Shown piece by piece: positions 53,941 through 64,000 of a stretch of 64,000 nucleotides of DNA (the stretch's first letter is position 1; the number at the start of each line of letters is the position of its first letter). The position numbers and the translations under genes are program-made. The notes beneath the pieces were generated by a model. The model made no database searches. It was not told the origin of the DNA and worked only from the letters and a program-made list of their open reading frames with translations. Where the stretch lies: the NCBI RefSeq assembly GCF_006345805.1, contig NC_043005.1, forward strand, positions 53,134,001 to 53,198,000. The letters are read 5' to 3'. The stretch comes from Octopus sinensis. Lineage: Eukaryota.

Positions 53941-54159
53941 TGGATTCATCAAATTAATATTTACATTTTAAGTATGAAGTTAACGGCATCAAAACTGACC
54001 GATCTCGGATGGCCTGCAAAAGTTAAAAGCACTAATTTATCGTAAACAAAAGCACACCCTACCTCATAGAAAATGATGGCAATTATGGAGACAATAGGTT
54101 GTGGGTGACAGAAATGCATTTCAACATAGGTTTGTTTAATTAGGGCAAGACAATATCCC

Positions 54160-54490
54160 AGCTATAATGCGGCCCGGCAAAAGAAATCAATAGAATAAAT
54201 ACTAGGCTTTCAAAAAACAAGTTTGGGGGTCGACTTTTTCGAGTAAAACTCTTGAAGGTGGTACTCCAGCATTGTCGCACTCAAATGACTAAAAGAAATA
54301 AGAGAATTAGAGAATATATATATATATATATATATACTGTGGGCTCCATTCAGTTTCCATCTGTGAAATCCAGCCAGAAGGCTTTTGACGGTCCGAGACT
54401 GTAGCAGAGGACACTTGCTCAAGGTGCTACACGGGGGAACTGTTCCCGGAACCATGTGTTTTGGAAGTGAACTTCTTACGACACAGCTAC
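54160..54490 (-). mobile_element. SINE B element with partly inverted organisation (3' half on +, head on -)
   Basis: 54170-54305 reads as the B 3' half on +; 54335-54490 reads as rc of the B head. Confidence 0.55.
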
Positions 54491-55924
54491 GTCTTTGCCT
54501 TAATAGTGATGGTGGAGGTGGTAGCAATGATGGAAATGTTGACGGTTGGATATAATGCTGAAGATGAGGAGGAAGGGAATGATGGTGACTGGTGTAAACT
54601 ATCTCTTATTTTAGTACCGTGCTGTGAACTTAATCTGTTCCCCAATTTTGCAACATCAACATCTAGCAAGCCTTGAATATCTTTTAACAGAATCTACTAA
54701 CATTTGGACTAGACTCCGTCCTGAATATTACTCTTAATGATATCACTGTGCAAGATAGACTGTGCAAGAGATGACGCTCGCTATCTTTCCTCTCCTGATT
54801 AAGACTTACTAATTACCAATGATCATCGATGTTAATGGTTTTAAAAGATTGTAACAAACCTGCTCAGATTGTTCAGTGAAGACCAAATTTACTTCGTTCA
54901 GTTGTTTGCGATGTTCATTTATTTTTATGTTCTTTTGGTCGGTCAGACCTGGTTCAGCCTGGTTTGATTTGGTTTTGGTTTGGCTTGATTATTAACTTCA
55001 CGTGTGTTCTACCTTTCTGTGTCGAATATGAATACTGTACTAAGTCAACCAGCCAATAAGCAAATGAAAAATCAAATTCTACTCAGTCTCTCAACCTGCT
55101 AGATATAGCAGTCACAACCCCACAAAACAAATGAAACGGATCAGACATTCCGTAATGTAGTGCTAGATTGACTATGTCTAAACACAAGACCGTATCATTA
55201 CTGTAGGAACTCTTGAATCGTGATCTTCTCAATCAGAGAGCTTAGCCAAGACTAATCGACAGCAACGGCAACCTAAAAAAATGAAGAAATAATCGCCACT
55301 ATATCCCAGAGACATGTAAAACCATTCATTATGGTGTGCATTATATTTTCACATACATACTTAGATTTTTAATCAATTTATTGGTTTAAACTGGTTTCAA
55401 CACTCACGGAATTTTCGGGAACCAATTAACCAGTAAAGTATGTTTCATCCTATTAGAACGGTTCTAATTTAAATGTGAAAAGCTTTCTCTAGATTGTTTG
55501 ATATACTTTGTTTTAGCATTATGCACCAGTCGTTATCGATATCTGATTAGATTTAATCCTGTTGCGTTTTGTTTAAACCGATATGAACTATTTTCTATTT
55601 TATTTTATTGCCACCGATGTAAACTGGTTTGATGTAAATTGGGTTTGTTTAAATAGTTTTAATTTGATCCGGTTTCTGCCAACTTTTCTTTTTCATTTTG
55701 ATTTATTTAGAACAGATCGTGATTAGGAAATAGCATATTGCACAAATATGTTTTTAAAAATGACTGCATACTAATGAGAAACCGCAAATTTTGTAAAATC
55801 ACAATACAATCAACTAAAGTCATCAGAATTACTTTCATGAGGCATCGCTTATCAAGTAAAATAAAAAAGGATTGCATTTAGACATAACCAAACTTCCTCT
55901 GAATAACCAAACTTCCAGCTGATA

Positions 55925-56123
55925 TACTCTTTTACTCTTTTACTTGTTTCAGTCATTTTGACTGCGGACATGCTGGATCACCGCCTTTAGTCCAGCAAAT
56001 CGACCACAGGACATATTCTTTGTAAGCCTAGTACTTATTTTATCGGTCTCTTTTGCCGAACCGCTAAGTTACGGGGACGTGAACACACCAGCAACAGTTG
56101 TCAAGCGATGCTGGAGGGACACA

Positions 56124-56180
<57 letters not shown>

Positions 56181-56185
56181 CACAC

Positions 56186-56219
<34 letters not shown>

Positions 56220-56340
56220 CGGCGGGCTTCTTTCAGTTTCCGTCTACCAAATCCACTCACAAGGCTTTGGTCGGCTCGAGGCTATAGTAGAAGACACTTG
56301 CCCAAGGTGCCACGCAGTGGGATTGAACCCCGAACCATGT
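55925..56340 (-). mobile_element. SINE family B
   Basis: near-identical to 16735 copy; internal (CA)n(TA)n. Confidence 0.88.
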
Positions 56341-57256
56341 TATAGAATTAACGAACCCGGAACCATATTACAGAATTAACGACTGTTTTGAAGACATACA
56401 ATATGGAATCGTAAAGCTTCCAGTAGATAAATTCCATCGAAGAAAGTTATAAATGCTGATGAAACTTCTAAGGTTTATAAGCTTAAATATACTTGGGCTA
56501 AGCTGACATTTTCTTATAGTAAGACTCTTCGTAGGACGCATGTGGTTTATCTGGTAGCAAGAGAGCGATTAGAGAACCGCAGTTCTGGGCAGAAAGTCTG
56601 TATTAGAGCATGTTGTGCTAAATACACCCAAGAACCTCGAGAAAGCGGGATATTTTTAAAGTCTAAGACAGAGGAGCAAATATAGTTAAAGTAACATGTT
56701 TCCTAAAATTTTCCTTTACCAAATTTCACCCAATCCAAGAGCATGACAGAATACACCAACACGCGTACACACTCACCCCCCCCCCACACACACACACTCA
56801 CACACACTCACAAGCACAAACGCATACACACATACACATATTTGTTTGAGTGACTTGCCCGAACCAATGCAACTCTTCCACGCCAGATGTTGCGATCTTA
56901 CATTGCAGAATTCGCATCCTGATGCTGATATTCGGTGTCTTCCACTAGTTGATCGATATATGCACTTCTTGGTCTATAAGCTATACGTCGATGCATGAGT
57001 TTCTATCGAAGGAGATCGCTGGATATCTCATCGTTGCTTCTCCAGTAGTGTCTTGCAAAATATGGTCTTCTTTGTTTGAGTACCGAGGGCAAGGCAGGAA
57101 AGGCTGCTGTACCGTCGCAACTTTATAGGGTGTTGCTCCCAAGAAAGAGTGAGAATTACAAGAAGATTGAGAACTGTGCTAAAAGTGTGGCACAGGCCTA
57201 GCAGTCTTTGATCGAAAGGCGGTGGGGTGGGGAGTAATTCGATTATATCAACCTCA

Positions 57257-57450
57257 ATTATATAAAGGCGGCGAGCTGGCAGAAACGTTAGCGCGCCGGG
57301 CGAAATGCTTAGCGGTATTTCGTCTGTCGTTACGTTCTGAGTTCAAATTCCGCCGAGGTCGACTTTGCCTTTCATCGTCTCGACTTAATCCCTTTGTCTG
57401 TCCTTGTTTGTCCCCTCAATGTTTAACCCCTTGTGGGTAGTAAAGAAATA
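57257..57450 (+). mobile_element. SINE A (Tx1-like tail, internally deleted) nested in an older minus-strand SINE A (~57180-57620)
   Basis: 13-bp TSD TATATCAACCTCA at 57244-57256 and 57451-57463. Confidence 0.85.
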
Positions 57451-57974
57451 TATATCAACCTCAGTACTTGACTAGTATTATGTTATCAACATCGAAAGGA
57501 TAAAAAGTAAACAAAAAAAAAATACCGACCTCCACGGAGTTTGATCCCATATCGTAAAGACGAACGAAACGCTGATAAATATTTTCGTCGGAACGCTAAC
57601 GATTCTGTCAGCTCGCCGGCTTATTCACTTTTGTATGTTAAAATATTCATATCAATTCAATACCGACATTATATTTAACGAGTAAATTTTATTGCAAAAG
57701 TTGCCGCATGTAGATGTACTTTAAATACGTGTAGCAATTTGTTTTCATTAGGTGCTTCACAAATGTATCAAGTGTATTCTTCTTAACAGTTGAATAATGC
57801 AGTGGAGTGGTATTTTCTGTATGCTCTCTGTGTGTCTTGCGTCTGTTGTTAATTTCTTTTATTGCTATGCATCAGTTTCTTATTATCATTCCCAAAGGTA
57901 TATTTTGCTAAGGAAATTTGTTTCTGTTTACAATTCTCAGATTCTAGTAATCTCTCTTGATCTCTATATCATTT

Positions 57975-58390
57975 TTCTGTTTCTTGTTTCAGTCGTTAGA
58001 CTGTGATCATGTAGGGGTACCGCCTTGCGCAATTTTAGTCGAAGGAATCGATCCAAGTACATTTATATGTTTTAAATCCTGGTACTAATTTTATCGACTT
58101 TCTCTTCGCCAAACCGCTAATTTCCGGGGACGTAAACGTACCAACACCGGTTGTCAAGCGGTGGTGCTGAACAAACATAGACACAAAGATACATTCACAC
58201 GCACTAACAAACACACACATGCATGTACGACGGGCTCCTTTTAGTTTCCATCTACCAAATCCACTCACAAGGTTGTGGTTGGCCCGAAGCTATAGTACAA
58301 GACAATTGTTCAAGATGCCATGCAGTAGGACTGAACCCAGAACCATGTGGCTGAGAAGCAAACTTACTACACAACTACTGCTGCGCCTGA
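57975..58390 (-). mobile_element. SINE family B, older copy
   Basis: TTGTTTCAGTC..AACCGCTAA..TTTCCATCTACCAAATCCACTCACAAGG..GACTGAACCCAGAACCATGTGG. Confidence 0.8.
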
Positions 58391-58711
58391 ATACCTTTAA
58401 TCATGCATACACACCCAGTCTGACCAGCGAGTGCCTTTCGGAGAATTCTGGAGGTAAACACTGGTATTAAGCATTGGAAGAAAGTGAGTTGGTTTGTAGA
58501 GAGGATGCGTAAAACTGGCCAAAATTGTTACTGCTCCGGATAAAACGGTTAGCAGCATTTCATCAGTTTTGAATTCAAATACCACCACGATCATATTTGC
58601 ATTTCGTCTTTCTAGCTGGGTAAAATAAGTGTCGGTGAAGTACTGACGTCGATTACATCGACCACGCACCCTCCCTTCAAAAACTGCTGCTCCGCTGGCA
58701 AAGATTGAAAC

Positions 58712-58780
<69 letters not shown>

Positions 58781-58784
<4 letters not shown>

Positions 58785-59165
58785 TAGTTTTATTTTTATA
58801 GCGTGCTTTCACTTCACTACCGAGCGCAGCTCTGTGTGCCTTGGGTATGTGCTGTGATTTGTTGTGATGCTCTGATGGTTATTGTATGGAAAGTGTTCTG
58901 CGTAGGATCTGTGCAGTGCCTAGTAGTGCACTTTTCTGTATGTTATATGTGTTTGTAAGTCCTGGTGTTTTTGTTATGTATTTGTCTGAATATTTTTTTA
59001 TCATGCCTAATGCACCTACTATGATAGGAATTGTTTCTGTTTTCAGATTCCACATTCTAGTTACCTCTATTTCCAGGTCTTTGTATTTTGAGAGTTTCTC
59101 CATTTCTTTTAGAGACACATTGTCATCTGCCGGTATTGATACATCAATTAGAGAGCATTTTTTTT
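58781..59165 (-). mobile_element. 5'-truncated Dong/R4-type LINE (family beta, D3)
   Basis: near-identical to D2; (TTA)n on left, (CTT)n(TTA)n on right. Confidence 0.92.
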
Positions 59166-59266
59166 TCTTCTTCTTCTTCTTCTTCTTCTTCTTCTTCTTC
59201 TCTTCTTCTTCTTCTTCTTCTTCTTCTTCTTCTTCTTCTTCTTCTTCTTCTTTCTTCTTCTTCTTC

Positions 59267-59333
<67 letters not shown>

Positions 59334-59346
59334 CATTATTATTATT

Positions 59347-59750
59347 GCCTTTGCACAGCTCCTAACGCTGGAGATGTACTACGGTGTCAGCTGTTCACTA
59401 CCAGTGAACTAAGGTAAAACCTCTTATTTATGCCTATTCCCTCTATCCATCCGTTCAATACTTTAGGGATAGTCCCCAATGCACCTATAGCTACTGGGAT
59501 ACATTTTACCCACACTTTCATAGTCTCTGTAATTTAATAGCTAGGTCCTGGTACTTTGATATTTTTCTATACCTCTCATATTGATTTTTTCATCATTTGG
59601 GATAATAGTCTATTATCTAGCACTTTCTATTCTCTTTATCTACTACTACTAAATAATGCGTTCTAGCTTCTATTACTCTGTCGGTCTGAATGTTAAAGTC
59701 CCAGAACATTTTGTATTTCTTACTTTCTAGTACTTTAACTAGGTTCGTGT

Positions 59751-59752
<2 letters not shown>
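59347..59752 (-). mobile_element. 5'-truncated Dong/R4-type LINE (family gamma, D5)
   Basis: FWDFNIQTDRVIEAR..LVVVDKE, IPVAIGALG; 3' UTR matches D4 39068-39147; TTA arrays on both sides. Confidence 0.85.
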
Positions 59753-59808
<56 letters not shown>

Positions 59809-59851
59809 CATTATTATTATTATATTATTATTATTATTATCATTATTATTA

Positions 59852-60762
59852 TTCAGTGACAGATCAGTGTATGCCTTCAAAGTGCCACTGGGGTAAAACA
59901 TCCGAATCGCAGTATACTCATGACTACTCTTTTGATAAGGATACATCGGGCATATTCATCACAACCATATGTACGCGACATGGTGATCTCATATCAAAAT
60001 TTCCGTCAGGTCGAGTAGCCCATCCTGCTCGCGAAATTTTTTTCCCACGTGAGTTCCGGACATCAGTAATGAATTCATTTGCATACAGCCAACCAGAGCT
60101 CACCTTGAACTTGTTGTCAAGTAAACAAAGGTTGTTGCTGATGGCAGAAATCGTATTGGTACCGGCAGACCGTTGAAGGATTGTTTAAAAAGTGTGAAAG
60201 GAAAGTAACTTTTTAGCTCTCAGATTATGCCTAACAAGAACAAGCATTAATAAAAGAGAAAAGAAACATGGTTATTCCTTATCCAAGTGACCTTATCTTA
60301 TCACCCATCACTTGTTATGCACTCATAAATTAGTTTGATAGTTGAGCTCTGATTAGCTGTATACAAACGAGTTCATAACTGGGGTTCGGAACTCTCGTGG
60401 GGAAAAAAAATTTGCATCGCGGTCAAAAGGTTCCTGAATAAGGGTCATTTAAGAATGTTGAACGAAACACCCATGTTTCCAGACGTGAATTATCAAAACC
60501 TTATAAAATTCCTCTCAACTTATTGTTATGATGCTCCGCCACTACTTCCGCTTCTGATCAGAGATGCACATATCGTCAGCCACCAACGAACATGCCCAGC
60601 TGGTTAAGGTCCAAGATCTAACAAGCAAATCTGTGGTATTGAGCAGAATATTTGTTGTAGCCCATCCTTTACACCAACACAAAACAATGTACATGATAAC
60701 ACTTCCAATCAGTTAAGATCAGAAGCTATGAGAGCCACTACCTGTTACTGCATCAGGGCATT
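59852..60762 (-). mobile_element. Non-coding repeat family F, long copy F2, between TTA arrays (interrupted by a MITE)
   Basis: aligns to F1; flanked by (TTA)n at 59753-59851 and (TCA/TTA)n at 60763-60833. Confidence 0.75.
60031..60422. mobile_element. ~390-bp MITE with ~57-bp imperfect TIRs inserted in F2
   Basis: AAATTTTTTTCCCACGTGAGTTCCGG..TGAATTCATTTGCATACAGC versus its reverse complement at ~60356-60413; F1 shows the empty site GCTCAAAAG. Confidence 0.8.
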
Positions 60763-60782
60763 TATCATCATCATCATCATTA

Positions 60783-60834
<52 letters not shown>

Positions 60835-61346
60835 GCAGTGTTCATAATGTAACTCACAGAACTCCAGCAAAATGAGAAGAATGATGCTTTTATTTTATAT
60901 CGCCATCTGAAGAAGCTGCTAATATTGCTGCAATAAACATTTATAACCTTATTGTTAACGTAGATTGTAAAAATATCCCAGCACCCTTAGTTTGAAATTA
61001 ATGTTTATACTGTATCCTGGTGTTTGCATTTGACTACATCACTATTTTCATTATACGGCTGTTTTGTTTATATATTAGAAACAGCATAGAACTTGAAAAT
61101 TTCAATAATGGATATCTCTTTACCATGACTGAATTGCATCTTTGAGAAAAGATAAATGTGTAAGCACCAAACTTCATTTAGATTTCTCATGCTGAGATGG
61201 TTCTAAATGTGTTTAGGATTTTTATTTAACTGCTACATCTGTCACTCCTCCACAGACTTCCCACTGAAAAGGCTCTTACTATTACGACCATGCTCGGCCA
61301 TTCGTTGATTTGCTGTCGTTGCACTTGTCTTCTTCTTCTTCTTCTT

Positions 61347-61377
<31 letters not shown>

Positions 61378-61509
61378 TTTTCTTCTTCGCTTCTTCTTCT
61401 TCTTCTTCTCTTTTCTTCTTCTTGTTTGTTCTTGTTCTTGTTCTTGTTCTTCTTGTTCTTGTTCTTCTTCTTTCTCACTTTGTGTTTCTCTTTCACACAC
61501 ATATATATA

Positions 61510-61552
<43 letters not shown>

Positions 61553-62275
61553 TATATACATAGTACATACATATATACATACATATATATATATATGTAT
61601 TATCTTATGTTATATATATATAGGCATACATGTACATATGCATACGCACACACGCACTTGCACAAACGCACACACTCGCACACACTTGCACACACACACA
61701 TATAACTGTATGCTTATATAAATGTACACATATACAAATAAAATGTACAGGCTGAAAGCAGGCATGTAGACAGACTCAAATACGCATACACACGCGCACG
61801 CAAACACGCTCATACTACATTTCTCTCTTCAGAGTTTGTTGCCTTTTGTGGTATCATACTCCTATTATAAGTAGAAACAAACATTTTCATACGCCATGGT
61901 TCAGTGTTTTATCATTATCACTATTATTGATATTTTAGTTGCACTGACCAAGTACTATGCATATCCTCGGAACTATTACCGGGTATGATCCGCATTCGTT
62001 CACAGCTTAAATTGATAATTCTGAATGTTTCAATATATTGTAATACTATTGTAGTGCTGAGATAAAGATTACACCCGTTTCTACACGATTTGAGTTCATA
62101 TCCTCTTCAATTGCGTTTGGTTTCCACATGCAAAGGTTATAATTGGGTATTCATCAACAACAGGTACCAAGGCAATCAAATATATTGCTTTTCCTAAATG
62201 GGTGTTTCTCATACTATTCTTTTTTCAAAGAATAGTGTGTTCCAACGATGATCGGACCAAATTATTGTATAACAT

Positions 62276-62330
<55 letters not shown>

Positions 62331-62654
62331 AACATATATATTCAAAAAAGTTTTCATTAAAACTTTACTGTCAATTTTATTTATTTGCTATTTACTTCAG
62401 TAAAAACCTAAAGTTGGGCAAATTTCAAAATAGAGACAATGCAGAAATCTTGGTGCCAAGATTAGGACAACCTTTTAGAATTATGTTACATTTTTTAACC
62501 AAATTTAAAATTTATTTCTTGGACAAACTCCTAACATTCTATTGAGAAAGCCCACACCGTACCAAAATATCCCCATGCTCCACTTTGACAAACAAGGCTG
62601 TATACATTTATAGTCTTTTATTCCAATGATACAAAACCTTATTATTATGATTTA

Positions 62655-62875
62655 TTTTAAGGCAGAGAGCTAGCGAAATCGTTAACACGTCGGACAAAAT
62701 GCTTAACGGCATTTCACCCAATTTTATATTCTGTGTCCAAATGTAGCCGAGGTCGACTTTGCCTTTCATCCTTCTGTAATGAATGAATTAAATACCACTG
62801 AAGTACTGGGGTTGATATAATCGACTAGACTATTTTGCCACAAAAATTTCAGGCTTAGTGCCTTTAATACAAATA
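62655..62875 (+). mobile_element. Degenerate SINE A (tail type 2)
   Basis: AGGCAGAGAGCTAGCGAAATCGTTA..GAGGTCGACTTTGCCTTTCATCC..AATTTCAGGCTTAGTGCC. Confidence 0.75.
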
Positions 62876-63428
62876 ATTCCTGGATAATTAAGAGATACGC
62901 CAATATCAAATTAAGATTGATTCAACGTGTTTTTATTACACATATCCCGCCAAGTGGAGATATGGCTTTGTATCATTTACAGCATTTAAAATTTATCTAT
63001 GAAACTAAGGTGGCGAATTGGAAAAATCGTTAGCATGCTGGGCAAAATTTGAAATTGATAACTATTAAAGAAAGCACTATGAAATCACCATTATTCTTAC
63101 ATAATCAAGAACTACAGCGATTTCATTAGGGACCTTTACCAAATATTAAAGAACAAACAGGATCATAAAATGGAAAATATTGTAACTTAAATTAAATAGA
63201 CGGAAACTGATCACAGTGTTTGTACGCATTTCTTGAAGCTGAATACTTTTCATAAACCCCTCATATAAGCGACGACTTTAATGGCAGAACTTCGGTTCCA
63301 TTTAAAAACCCCGATGGCGAATCGATCTTTTGTTGTCGTGTGTATTGTACCCTATTGTATTAGTTGTCGACACTTTGTTTAGTTTGTCTGTTTTTTGAAG
63401 TTTCATTCTGTCTTGTAATATTTTACTT

Positions 63429-63512
<84 letters not shown>

Positions 63513-63695
63513 CATATATATATATGTATGTATGTATTGTTAAACATTTAACATACTTCCGTATGTTGTAGGTCGTCAGACAAAGAATAATTCCAGACTA
63601 TTGCCAGATCTAAACAAAAAAAATAACGACTACAACAGCAACAACAACCACAATAATAACAACAACAAATAATAATAATAAAAATAATAATAATA

Positions 63696-63746
<51 letters not shown>

Positions 63747-63758
63747 CAACAAATAATA

Positions 63759-63793
<35 letters not shown>

Positions 63794-64000
63794 GATGATG
63801 ATGGTGGTTGAATTAATAAAAAATGACAAGCAAGTGGAAACAGGTTGAATATTAAAAGCTCTAAAGACATACAAGTTATTCTTTAAGTCGTCATATAGCT
63901 GTTTTTCCGCTGTTGATGTGCTATTAATGGTGTGATTGTACTGGCTGTACAAGTAATAATAGTTATTACTGTTGATGCTGTTGTTGTTGTTGTTGTTGTT

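Noticed and set aside
60700-60762. U2 snRNA-derived head for family F
   Set aside because: Only short, scattered resemblance (TAAGATCA, CCTG.TA.TGCA) that I could not extend into a real alignment.

Overview
Eukaryotic, AT-rich, repeat-saturated genomic DNA. The SINE families and microsatellite density suggest an octopus/cephalopod, but this is an inference from recalled repeat families. I found no prokaryotic features, CRISPR arrays or rRNA, and no confidently named host gene. The window is dominated by microsatellites and by retroelements that appear to target them. (1) A Tx1/L1-type LINE has five copies; every junction visible in the window falls in a (CTAT)n array, and one copy has a filled-versus-empty site pair across an assembly gap. 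(2) At least four Dong/R4-type RT+restriction-like-endonuclease LINE families and one non-coding element lie in (TAA)n arrays, always in the same orientation and often stacked. (3) Three tRNA-headed SINE families are present; one carries a 3' tail matching the Tx1 3' terminus. (4) Several MITEs occur, including a 176-bp foldback and a GG-terminated MITE with an 8-bp TSD. Two phase-compatible minus-strand exons (29660-29825 and 17982-18085) suggest the region is intronic in an unidentified gene; the second exon is bracketed by inverted repeats. Most of the ORF track is translation of microsatellites. Boundaries are read by eye and are approximate unless a TSD or TIR is quoted.
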